DNA of 64,000 nucleotides from Podarcis cretensis (taxonomy: Eukaryota). The first letter of the stretch is position 1, and each line of letters opens with the position of its first letter. Location of the stretch: contig OX638155.1 in assembly GCA_951804945.1 (NCBI GenBank), positions 5,642,001 to 5,706,000 on the forward strand, in the 5' to 3' direction. Shown piece after piece: positions 13,138 through 24,500 of the stretch. The translations under genes and the position numbers were made by a program. The notes beneath the pieces are model-generated. The model worked only from the letters and a program-made list of their open reading frames with translations. It did no database searches and was not told the origin of the DNA.

Positions 13138-13659
13138 AAGATGTTCTCCCAAGGTCTTTGACCTGCTGCCTGTTGGAGTAGTCAATGATGGGCTAATGGT
13201 CTGATACACTGTCAGCCAGTTTTACATATTCCAGCAATTCTTTAACTGATAGGCACTCTACTGTTGCATAATGGAAACAGCTACCTGTGATCATAAATGG
13301 GATGTGCATAATGTTTCCAATACCAGCTGCTAAGAACTCCCATTGGCAGGGAAGCAGGATAGGTAGGTGATCAGTTGCATTGAGCGCTGGCCAGTTGAAC
13401 AGGGTGGGTAGAGATGCAGGAGTGAGCAGGTAGGGGCAAGCAGGGACAAGAGCAATGCTTCAAGACTGTTGCTCAACCCCTTGGAGGGTAAATCTATGAT
13501 TTAGCTGCAGCTGAAGAAGGGAAGGGCTCAGCTTAAGCACTGCTCCATCCTAGAAATTGTTGGTAAACATACATCAGTGTACCTCCCAACACTGTTTAAT
13601 GGCTTGTATCACATAACACCAAATTTGCATCAGGTATTGCAAGATCCCACAGAGGCCTC

Positions 13660-14115
13660 TGGACACTGACAAACTAGAACGTGTCCAGAGGAGGGCAACC
13701 AAAATGGTCAAAGGCCTGGAAACGATGCCTTATGAGGAACGGCTAAGGGAGCTGGGCATGTTTAGCCTGGAGAAGAGGAGGTTAAGGGGTGATGTGATAG
13801 CCATGTTCAAATATATAAAAGGATGTCACACAGAAGAGGGAGAAAGGTTGTTTTCTGCTGCTCCAGAGAAGCGGACACGGAGCAATGGATCCAAACTACA
13901 AGAAAAAAGATTCCACCTAAACATTAGGAAGAACTTCCTGACAGTAAGAGCTTGGAATTTGCTGCCAAGGAGTGTGGTGGAGTCTCCTTCTTTGGAGGTC
14001 TTTAAGCAGAGGCTTGACAACCATATGTCAGGAGTGCTCTGATGGTGTTTCCTGCTTGGCAGGGGGTTGGACTCGATGGCCCTTGTGGTCTCTTCCAACT
14101 CTATGATTCTATGAT
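13660..14115 (+). mobile_element. 5'-truncated CR1 LINE (end of ORF2, 3'UTR and tail)
   Basis: ORF 13704-14042 MVKGLETMPYEERLRELGMFSLEKRRLRGD...RFHLNIRKNFLTVRA is the CR1 ORF2 C-terminus. Ends in CTATGATTCTATGA. Confidence 0.92.
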
Positions 14116-14737
14116 ACTTCAGGTTCATTCATCTGGAATACCGGTAACTACTATTCCTGTCCCATAGTCACAAAGCTAGACTGAAGAAAAGGAAGCATCC
14201 TGAGACTTGGCTGTTCTAATCCCCCTTATCTGAGAAGGACGACTCTGTGACTACTTGCAGTCTCTAGCTGGTGCAGCTTGGCTGCCCCAGTCTTCACAGT
14301 GTCCAAACTCAGAGCAGAAATGTGCAAGTGGTTGCTCATATCAGAAGCAGCCTCCTCTTCCTCTCATTAACTCCCCTGCATTCTGTGGGATGGTGCAATG
14401 CTGGAGATTGGAGCCAATCCTCCCCACTGTGCCATCTAGATCAAGAGGAAGGGTAAGCAAGCAAGTACAGGCCCCACCAGAGGTGCCCATCTCATTTTGC
14501 CCCTACATATGTGCCACCTGCTGCCCCCACGCAAGGCTCACTTATGGGGTCATGTAGCTGTGGCTTCTGGGTTCCAGCCAGGGGTGGACTTTGATAATAT
14601 GGTGCCCTGAGCAAGTACAAAATTTTGTGTGTGTCTCCCCACCCCACCCCCAAGAAAAAAACATTTCTTATCTTCACAATAATTCCTTTTTGTATTTTTT
14701 TTGCTGATCTTCTTAGTAGGAACACATATAAATAAAT

Positions 14738-14738
14738 G

Positions 14739-14775
<37 letters not shown>

Positions 14776-14787
14776 TACTACTATTAC

Positions 14788-14830
<43 letters not shown>
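14738..14830. repeat. (TAT)n/(TAC) trinucleotide microsatellite
   Basis: About 30 TAT/TAC units, visible directly. Confidence 0.95.
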
Positions 14831-15293
14831 TTGCGCACCCTTGGCTCAGAGCCCTGTACAGGAGAACTGCTTGCACTCCCCTAATCTGGCACTGTTCTAG
14901 TGAGAGCCCCATGAGAAGGCCTCCAGAGGCCTCTGTGGGATCTTGCAATACCTCACTGGAACTTGGAAGACACTGCCGCTGCTTCTCTTCACTACTCTGG
15001 TGGCAACAGGGGGCGGGGGCATCTCTGCAGGGATTCCACCACCTGAGGTGACTTCTTTAGACTGTCTCATGCCCTGGCTCCCACGCATTCTCTTCTAGGG
15101 TGGGGTTTGCAGATGAGCAAACTGAAGCAGCAGTGGCTTCTTCTTGTGATGATCACTGGCCTAAACCTTCTTGCCATACTCCTGAGAGAGAGAGAGAGAG
15201 AGCTAAGCAAGCTTTGGTGCAGGGTAATGGTTGCTTCTGCCCTTTGCCTGTGCTCTCCCTGTGGAGCCAAATCCCACCACCTATGGTGAAAGC

Positions 15294-15446
15294 CAGTGGC
15301 ATAGCGTGGGTTGTCAGCACCCAGGGCAAGGCAAGTAATTTGCGCCCCCTAATCCGTGGATTTTAGCACTCAAGTGCAAGCGCCCCCCCCCAGATGTTGC
15401 GCCCGGTGCCGCCGGCCCCCCCTGCACCCCCCACGCTATGCCACTG
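15294..15446. mobile_element. hAT-type MITE
   Basis: TIR CAGTGGCATAGCGTGGG / CCCACGCTATGCCACTG. Flanked by an 8-bp TSD GTGAAAGC / GTGAGAGC (1 mismatch). Confidence 0.8.
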
Positions 15447-15691
15447 GTGAGAGCAAAGGCAAGTGAGAGGAGCAGACACTACTTCCCCAGGTCCCCTCAC
15501 CTTCTGTCTCTGGCCAGTGTATCAGGGAGTTGAGAGTACTCTGATAACTTCCAAGTTCATAGGAGCCAGCTCCTAGGGACTGAGGTCCCTTAGACTCCCC
15601 TAAAATATTTGAGGGGACTGGGGCCCCCCAAAGTTCATAGGCATTGCCATTGAAATGGTGTGTGTATGTCATGTCTTGTGATTGATTATGC

Positions 15692-16150
15692 TGTACCAGG
15701 TTAGACTACTGTGATACACTCTCTGTGGGGTTGCCTCTGAAATATGGCTTGGAAATTGCTGCTAGTTCAGAATGCAGCTGCTGGATCACCAACCTGGGTA
15801 GGCTTATTAGGATAGTGTAACAGTGGTGCTATATGCCAGCTGCATTGGCTCCCAATTTCTGAGCCCAAGTGCTGGCTTTGACAGAACGACTTCTGGGGGC
15901 AGCCATACAAACTGAGACAAGGCAGCTGCTCCCCAAAGAAAGGGTCTTCTCAGTGGTGGTGCCTCAGCTGTGAAATGCTATCTGTAGAGGGGTCCACTTG
16001 GTACCTGTTTTGTCATCCTTCCAGCACCAGGTAGACTTTTACTTTCCCCCAGCCCTTTTAGAGCTGATTTTAGCCCTGTGGATTCTTTGCTTGCTTGCAT
16101 AAGATCCCTGGGTTTTATTACTGTTCTGCTGTATATTGTCTGCATTTTAA
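15692..16150 (+). mobile_element. Degenerate L2-clade LINE 3' fragment
   Basis: Encodes relics of RLDYC...GLPL...LVQNAAA and LHWLP...AQ, characteristic of the L2 ORF2 C-terminus. Confidence 0.7.
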
Positions 16151-16299
16151 TCCATGCACACGCACACACAAACTATCCTGGGGGTTTCCAGTGAAGGTTA
16201 GTATAGAAAGTCCTGTAACAAAATCATAATAAAATAACCTGCCATCTTCCTGCTCACCCCTTTCCCTTTGGGCAGCAGACTGGGGAGCAGAGAGAGGGG

Positions 16300-17800
16300 G
16301 GAAGCTTACACCGCCTTGCGGGGCTTGCGGGTTCTCCCTGAGCAGTGCTGTGCATGGGGAGCACCGGGCTGCCCCACAGAGCCGCCACGCCGGGAGGGCG
16401 TAAGCGAGGGAGCCAGAGGCGGAGGCACCGCAGGCAGGCAGGCAGGCAGGCATCTCTCTCCCGATCCCTGGGAAGCGTCCGGGGTCCAGCCCTTCCTCCA
16501 CGCTCCCCAGCGAGAACAATGAGCCCTTGCTGCCTCCTTGGTCCGCGCTTCCCTTCGCCCCTTCTCGCGGCGGCAGAGCGGGGAGGGCTGTGCAGCCTAG
16601 CGGGCAGCCTCCACAAGCCTTTCACCGAGGAACACCCCCGCCCCCCCCCGAAAAAAGAAGTCCACCGGGCCCCGCCGGCCCAGCTTGGATGGAGCCGTGC
16701 GCCTCGTGCCTGGGAGTCCCGGCGGCGAGCCGGGGAGGCGGAGCGGGAGCGGCCTCTCCTGCAGTTAATGGTCGCGACTCTGCGCGCCGCTGTTGACCCG
16801 GCGATGCTGGCGGCGAAGCAGCGCGAAGTGGGACGCCGCCGCCGCCGCCGCGAGTTGAGCGCCAGCAACAGACGGAGCGCAGTCCCGCCGCCGGAGCGCC
16901 GCGCCGCCGAGCAATGCCCGACCCGCAAAGTCCGCGCGAGGCGAGCCTGGACCGGGCAGGGTCGCGGCCGCATGGAAGGGACGGCTGAAAACTTTTAGAG
17001 GGACCTCCCCGCCGCTGCCGCAAAAAGAAAGAAACTTTGCGAGGCCGGGAGATGAGAGGCGCCGCGGGAAGGAGCCGGCCGAGAGCGCGCTGGCTGCCCG
17101 TCGTGGGCTTCTGGCTGTGGCTGGGCGTCTCGGAGCGGGCGCTCGCCGCCACGCGCTACGCCATCCCCGAGGAGATGCCCAGGGGCTCTTCGGTGGGCAA
17201 CGTGGTGGGCGACCTGGGCCTGGATCTCGCCCAGCTGCCCGCGAGGAACCTCCGCGTGGTGTCGGGCGGCGGACGAAAGTACTTCGAGGTGGACCTGGGC
17301 AGCGGGAAGTTGCTGGTGAGCGAGCGCATCGACCGCGAGGAACTTTGCGGGGCCCTCTCGCCGTGCGCGCTGAGCCTGGAGGTGGTGGCCGAGAGCCCGC
17401 TGGTGCTGTACGGCGTGACCGTGGAGATCCAGGACGTCAACGACAACGACCCGGCTTTCCAGAGCAAGCAAATGAAGCTGGAGATCAGCGAGTCGGTGAC
17501 CCCCGGAGCGCGTTTCCCCTTGGAGAGCGCGCAGGACCCCGACGTGGGAAGCAACTCTCTGCAGACCTACCAGCTCAGCGCCAACCCGCACTTCGTGCTG
17601 GACGTGCAGACGCGAGGCGACGGGACGAAGTATGCGGAGCTGGTGCTGGAGAAAGAGCTGGACCGGGAGCAGCAGCGGGAAGTGCAGCTGGTTCTCACGG
17701 CGATGGATGGAGGGACCCCACCCCGATCGGCCAGCTTGCAGGTGCTGGTTGACGTCCTGGATGCAAATGACAACGCCCCTGTCTTCAACCAGTCCATCTA
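16300..17800. promoter_or_regulatory. CpG island over the gammaC3 promoter and 5' part of the exon
   Basis: Abrupt very high GC and CpG density, GC boxes, (CCG)n run at ~16835-16851. Confidence 0.85.
16756..16800 (+). promoter_or_regulatory. Pcdh CSE (CGCT box / CTCF site) of gammaC3
   Basis: CTCCTGCAGTT...GACTCTGCGCGCCGCTGTTGACC about 260 bp upstream of the ATG. Mammalian gammaC3 is the gamma C-type gene known to carry a CSE. Confidence 0.78.
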
Positions 17801-19496
17801 CAGAGCCAGCGTGAAAGAAGACACACCCTTGAACACCCTGGTTGTCCAAACCAGAGCTTTCGACCTGGATGAAGGCCCCAATGGGGAGATTGTGTACTCT
17901 TTCAGCAGTCACACCCCTGCCAGAGTCCGACAGCTCTTTGCCTTAGACTCTGCCACTGGAGAACTGAGGCTGAAGGGGTTGCTGGATTTTGAAGAAGCCA
18001 AATTTTATGAGATTTATATCCAGGCAAAAGATAAGGGTTCAAATCCTGGTGTCGCTCATTGCAAAGTGCTGGTAGAGATTGTGGATGTGAACGACAACAC
18101 CCCAGAAATAACAGTGACGTCAGTGTACAGCCCAATACCAGAAGACGCAGCTCCAGGGACTGTGATTGCGTTGCTGAGTGTCACGGATCAGGACTCTGGT
18201 GATAATGGCCTAGTAAATTGCTTTATACCTTCTGGGATCCCTTTTGCCCTCAGCTCTTCCCTTAAAAACTATTATACCTTACAGACCAAAGGACCCTTGG
18301 ACAGGGAACTTGTCTCTGAGTACAACATCACCATCACAGCTCAGGATGCAGGCACACCCTCACTCATGGCAGAAAAGCAAATACTGGTTAAAGTATCTGA
18401 TGTAAATGACAACCCTCCTAAATTTCCACAATCCTCCTATGATGTATATGTGGAGGAAAACAACCTTCCAGGGGCCCTGATCTTTAACATCAGTGCCTCT
18501 GACCCGGATCTGAACCGGAATTCCCACCTTTCCTACTCCATCCTGGATAGTCCCACGTCCTCGGGAGACTTGGCGGGCAGGTATTTTTCTATTAACCGGG
18601 AAAATGGCAGCATATATGTCCTAGTCCCCTTGGACCATGAGGGCACCATGGAGTTCAGGCTTGTGGTCCAGGTTCGTGATGCCGGCCTCCCGCCTCTCGC
18701 CACTAACATCACTGTCAATGTTTTTGTCACAGATCAGAATGACAATGCACCCAGGCTCTTATACCCAAACTCAAACAACAGTTCTTCACTCTCAGAAGTC
18801 ATCTCACCCACAGTCAGCCCTGGTTACATGGTCACAAAAATTGTGGCCTGGGATGCAGATTCTGGTTACAATGCCTGGCTCTCGTATTCCTTCCTTCAGG
18901 TCACTGACCCAGGGCTGTTCACTGTGGGGCTGCATTCTGGGGAGATAAGCACAGCTCGTTCTCTGCAAGAGGAAGATTCTCGCAAGCAAACATTGCTCAT
19001 CTTAATAAAAGACAATGGGGAGCCTGCCTTGTCCTCCACAGTGACCCTTGCTGTAGATGTAGCAGAGACATCTAGGGAGACACTGACAGACTTGACTGCT
19101 GTGTCCACTACACCCCAAACAAAGAAGCACTTGACTTTCTATTTAATCATTGCTGTCATCTTGATCTCAGTGGCCTTCTTTGTCACCGTGGTTGGGGTGG
19201 GGATTTATAAATTTTACAAGTGGAGGCAATCCAAGGATATATTCAAAGCCTCCAGAAGCTCCCTTTATAGAACCCCGGGGCCTTTCAACCACATAGACAC
19301 TGTGCGGAGTGGATTTACTCCTCCAAACTTCTACCAGCAGGTCCTCACCACGGACTCTCGCCAGAGTGAACTTCTGTACAAAATGCCCTTTGCTCCCAGC
19401 CCTATGGGGAGCCGCCAGAGCACTATCACAAGATGTGACCCTGCAATATATAACCAGCTAATAAGCACAAATAAGAGGCTTCTGGTGTCCTCTGAG
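17052..19496 (+). CDS. PCDHGC3: Protocadherin gamma-C3 variable exon
   Basis: C3-diagnostic segments: EIYIQAKDKGSNP..AHCKVLVE, SSSLKNYYTL, SYDVYVEENNLPGA, GRYFSINRENG, VAWDADSG, YKWRQSKD...SSLYRTPGP, LTTDSRQS, SRQSTITRCDP. Phase-0 donor GAG|GTAATG at 19496/19497. Confidence 0.95.
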
Positions 19497-21120
19497 GTAA
19501 TGTATGCTTGTTGTCCTTCTCCAGCAAAGTTGGGAAATCCCAGCTCTGAGCTTAAGTTAGAAAGACATTTAAGTCAAGGCAGACCACTCAATGTCTTTCT
19601 ACCCGGAAACAGGGTAGTTCCTGTAGAAGACATTCTTTTTCCTGTTTTCTGTCTCCATCTAGTGCTGTGTCATTTAATAGCATGATTAAGAGCCCCGCCT
19701 GTTTAACTCCTGTGCATGTGTTGTTTCCTTCCTACATTACATGGAGTTGGGTGGTTTGTTCTTTCTGCTCTGGCTCAGATCAATGTGGTCAGCTGTTGTT
19801 GGGTTGCATAGTCATTGCCTCTGAAGAATGATAGCTCCCAGTAAGTTTATGTTTTACGAAAAATCATACGCAAGGAAACAGTAATGCTGTGTAAATAATG
19901 GGTTGGATATGTATTGGGAGGCTTTTTGGCTTGGGTGCTTCTTCAAGACACTAAAGGGAGATCACCTTCAACATTTCCTTGGGGGCCTAGCCTCTGATGT
20001 ATGTCTGTTTGATTTTCATCTATGATGGGGTGGAAATGTAAGACTTATTCCTTTTCCTTATGTGTATGGTGGAATTGAACCTATTCTCTATGTAGCCAAA
20101 CATGAGTAGGAGTAGCAGAAGAAGAGACATTGGAACAGGGCTCTGATGGCTTCTCATTCAGACTAATTTGGTAGGGGGAAATGGCACTTTCTATGGAAGC
20201 AATGGCAGCAGCCTTCCAGGGAAGATGCTCTTCTATACAAAAGAGACTTCTGGGAAAGAGCCTGAGCATGGATGCCTTTCAGAAGGAGGCCTACACACAG
20301 GACCAGCCACCAGGTGTGCACCCCCAAATTAGTTTACCTGGAGGCCGCAGCAGGTGGAGGCAAGGATGGGCAGCAGCATGGGGGTGGTGAGGAGAGATGG
20401 TGCTCCCTTGCCCTGATGCTGAGAAATGCCGTTTTCATTTCCCCTCAGTGCTTCTGGGCCCCAATATAGCACCACTATGTTGAAGTGAGGCCCAGAGGCC
20501 CTAGGACCGTTGGAGAAGGTGGCAGCTGTTGCCACTTGGTTTGGTGCTTCTGTTCCCAATGAAGGGCCCTGTGCTTGTTATTTTAAGAAATCGAGGGGGT
20601 TGCGGATATTGCTCTGGGGCCTATGCTTGTCAGAGGACCCAGACTTTGAGTTTTCATTTAAAAAATGTAAGAGCCTAGCCCTTCTAGAAATGAAGTTATC
20701 AAGCAAAATGTGTGAGTACCCTTCTAAGTGAGTGAGCCAGCCCAGCTATCCCCACCTTTCAGTGTTTTTAGCAAATGAGTGACGTCTGAGCTGTGGTTGA
20801 TGAGTAAGTTGTTTGGACACCAGGCTATAGAATAACTGGTGTCTTAAAGAGCTGCCATTTCCCTCTTCCATCCAGTGCACTTTTCTGCCCTGCTTGTTTC
20901 ATTTTCTAGTCCTTGGAATTTCTGTTATTTAGCCAATCTGTTCTTTCTACAAAACAGGATGCATCTTTCCTGTGGTGAGTTGGTCTAAGATCAGGTACTC
21001 ACTATAAGTTATTTTCTGTAAATATTATTACACAATAAGTGTGGGTAGATGTTAAAGAATACCCCACCCTATAGCAAGTGCAAAATGTGAAAAGTATGCA
21101 AAGAGGCTTGGGCATTCTGT

Positions 21121-21545
21121 CATACCAACATTTCTCCAATGAAAATAGGGACGTCCCATTCCATAATGATAATTTTACTATTTACCATATTTTTTGCTCT
21201 ATAAGACTCACTTTTTCCCTCCTAAAAAGTAAGGGGAAATGTGTGTGCATCTTATGGAGCGAATGCAGGCTGCGCAGCTATCCCAGAAGCCAGAACAGCA
21301 AGAGGGATTGCTGCTTTCACTGCGCAGCGATCCCTCTTGCTGTTCTGGCTTCTGAGATTCAAAATATTTTGTTTCTTGTTTTTCTCCCCCCAAAACTAGG
21401 TGCATCTTGTGGTCTGGTGCGCCTTATAGAGCGAAAAATACGGTATATCCACACTTCTTACTGAGTTGTCCCAGCCACTCTGGGCAGCTTCCAACATATA
21501 TAAAAAACTTCCCTTCCCTATACAGGATTGCCTTCTGATGGCTTG
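21121..21545. mobile_element. Composite MITE copy interrupted by a Tc1/mariner MITE
   Basis: The flanks match the family at 9903 and 53693. They are split at a TA by the element at 21185-21443. Confidence 0.6.
21185..21443. mobile_element. Tc1/mariner-type MITE (nested)
   Basis: TA-CCATATTTTTTGCTCTATAAG ... CTTATAGAGCGAAAAATACGG-TA. Internal palindrome (AGAAGCCAGAACAGCAAGAGGGAT / ATCCCTCTTGCTGTTCTGGCTTCT). Confidence 0.8.
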
Positions 21546-24500
21546 CAGGCTGCATAAAATTGAGGGGGCCCAGTCCCCTGCTTAATTGGAGGGGCTCAGC
21601 TCCCCCCCCCCATGTTGTCCCTGATCAGGTGGGAGATAGTAGAGTTGCTACGATACTAAGATAATGTGTTCCCTGTTGAATGTCCAGGAAAACATAGGCA
21701 GCCCCATCATAGAGTTCATATCAAAAGTCAATAAGTGAAAAGATAATGCAATATGTTATTGTATGAAAGTGAATATTAACGAGAGATTTTGCCTGCAATC
21801 CAGAAAAGCTACTGTTTAGAGAGGAGAAGGAGGAGTAATAACAACAACAATAGCCAGGTTCTTTCTCACAATGCCTACAAAGCACACCGGTCAACACCTA
21901 CATAGGTAAGCTTTTTCCTGACTCTTCCAGCAGCTGCACAAAGCTATTGTGCTTTAGGGTTTCTGAGTCTCAAGGTTTTACCTAAAGTTTCAGGCTTCAG
22001 CTTTCTTTTGGGAATCACAAGTGGCAGGCTACTTTCAGCTTGACTTAAATGTTGTCTTGCACTCCATCCCTATTCTGTCCAACAGTCTTCCCCCCCTAAA
22101 ATACCAGGCATAGGCAAACTGCCCAGGAGGCATCAAATTCCCTTCATTCCCAGGCTCCTCTCATATTCTGATCACTGATAACATTAGGTAGCACTCGTGT
22201 GACACTCATTTTATCTTGTTATTGTGTAACAGCAGAAGGCTGGCAGTGAATATGTTAATTGCTGGGATTGTATGTACATGCTAGTTTCCTTTGAAATATT
22301 CATGAACATTTTCACTCTGAAGAGAGCACGTTGTGTGTCTTGTTTGTAAGATTTCCTCACAGAGGCCCAGTTCTCACCAAGATGGTTAATCTGTTTCTAG
22401 GCTGTACCATTTCAGATTGCAGATGAAACCCACATCTTTGAATGTTCCTGCGTACAAAGAATTCAGAGCTCTTTCAAAGCTAGATGTCAGGAAGAAGGAT
22501 CCTAACCGTGGGGTGGCTGGCATGGAGGAGCATGCAGCCATCTTGAGTCCCCACCCGCAGTCTGAAGTGGTACAGCCCAGACTCAGGTGTACAACCTCAT
22601 TGAGAACTGAGCCAGAAGCACAATTCCTAGAATTCCTATAATTCCTTGGGAATGATTGCTGCACCAGTTTGAATCTGCAGTGTAGATACATGCTCAGGGT
22701 GCATTCTGCTACACAATTAGATTCTATAGGCAGGAAGTTGTTTTAGGGTATAGTGATAAACTGCAGCTTTATGTGGAGAGGGTGCTGGAAGAAGGACCAG
22801 GAAGCCCAGAGATTGCAAGAGTAAAGGAGAGGTTGCCAAGAAAGCGTCTGGCTCCAGGCCAGTTCTCACCCCTGATAGTTTGTGAATAGCTTTCAGGGCC
22901 ATCATTTCAGTGACCTGGTTTTGAGTCTTTATACCTGGTTAATTTGGCATTTAGTATTTGGCATCTGATATCCGAACATGTTTTAGAGCAATGTGGTACC
23001 TAACCTTTCGGCTGTGTGGGAAATATATATACACATTCACAACAGTAATTGATATTTTGTATGTAGCTTGCTTTTATTTTATACCTTGAGTTGTAAATTG
23101 TGCATCAACTTTTAATTAATTCATCATAGGTTTTTAATATACTGTATTTTACTGCTTGGTTTGGTTTGTGAGCCACCCAGAAAACTGCTATAGGGCAGCC
23201 TTATAAATGATGATGATGATGATGATGTTAATTCATCGATAACTGATTAGTGATTTCATCTGTACTTTTAATTTGTTGTTGAGATTTAAATTATTATTGT
23301 TTATTATTACTATTCTGATGCCAAAAGGGTTGCATTGCGGTTATCAATTCATAATTAGGCTTCCTTAACTGCCATACATGTTGCTTTGCTTGAAATGGTT
23401 GACATGTGAACCCTGAGATCCTTGGAAATTGTTTTAGCTACGTTTTCCTACCCAAAATTACATAGTCTGGGAGATTGTTAAGAAAATGACTATGATCAGA
23501 AAAATAGGGCGGGCAAAAGAGACAGCGGAAGAGAGGTGTGTTTGTGTGTCCGTGTGTGTCTTGTCAATAGGCATTAGCAATTCCAGCACAATATGATGAC
23601 CTTAAGCTGATGTACTCTTAAAGCTGCACCAGATCCCACACTTAATCTGTACAGGCAGAACCATTAGTTTCTTTAGTGTTTTTTAACAAAAGTTAGAATG
23701 ATGCAGAGAGGCTTTTCATTAGTAGGCCATCTGGCTCTAAAATATGCAAAACCAGGGCAGACTCTCACCAAATATAATCAGGGCTCCTTCACATATTACT
23801 GAAACAATGTGAACATTTAGTGTGTCCATTACATTTTCAGTTGAGGAGGCTGTACTTATTAAAATCATATGTGCTTGAAAATATGTTGCAAGGGGCCAGA
23901 ACCTGCTGCGCTTTGTGCACTGAAATAAACGCAAGCGGCAGCTTCATATGCTGTGGGGTTTATTGCCAAACACACTGGTCTTCTAGTTTGTAACAAGTAT
24001 CCCTGAATTATAGGGCGTTGAGATTGGAAAGAAGAAATCTCACTTTGAAAATTAAGATGAGCATATATGCAGCCAAAGCAACACAGGAGAATCCAAGATC
24101 AGAAACTTTATGATTAAATGCATCTAATCTAGAGCAATGCAAGAAAGTTACCATATTTGTTTTTCTGTAAAGATAATGGAAGACAAAGAGTGGAAAGAGC
24201 TGGCTAACATCATGCTGTCTAGCCATCTGCCACTGGATGAGATTTGACAGCAATAAACATACACAATCCCTGCCCAGAGACCCCACTCAAGATCTTATGG
24301 TGCCTTTCACAAACGAGTTTAGTGTAGGGGGATGGGAGAATGTAATGAAACTTACTGTATGTTGACCCCCAACATTTAAAATTTCCCTCTTGCTTGCTTG
24401 TCTACAATCTTGAACCTAGAAAATAGTCATTGACTGTCCAAAAAGTCTAAAGCAATCAAACTCAATCACATTTCAGATTTTGAAGTGAGATATCAGTCTC

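Noticed and set aside
14701-15051. Poly-Tyr ORF
   Set aside because: Translation of a (TAT)n microsatellite.
16254-17912. Long overlapping ORFs (217, 239 and 305 aa, both strands) around the gammaC3 promoter
   Set aside because: Low-complexity Arg/Ala/Pro/Gly shadow frames expected in a CpG island and antisense to GC-rich codons. No recognisable domain.
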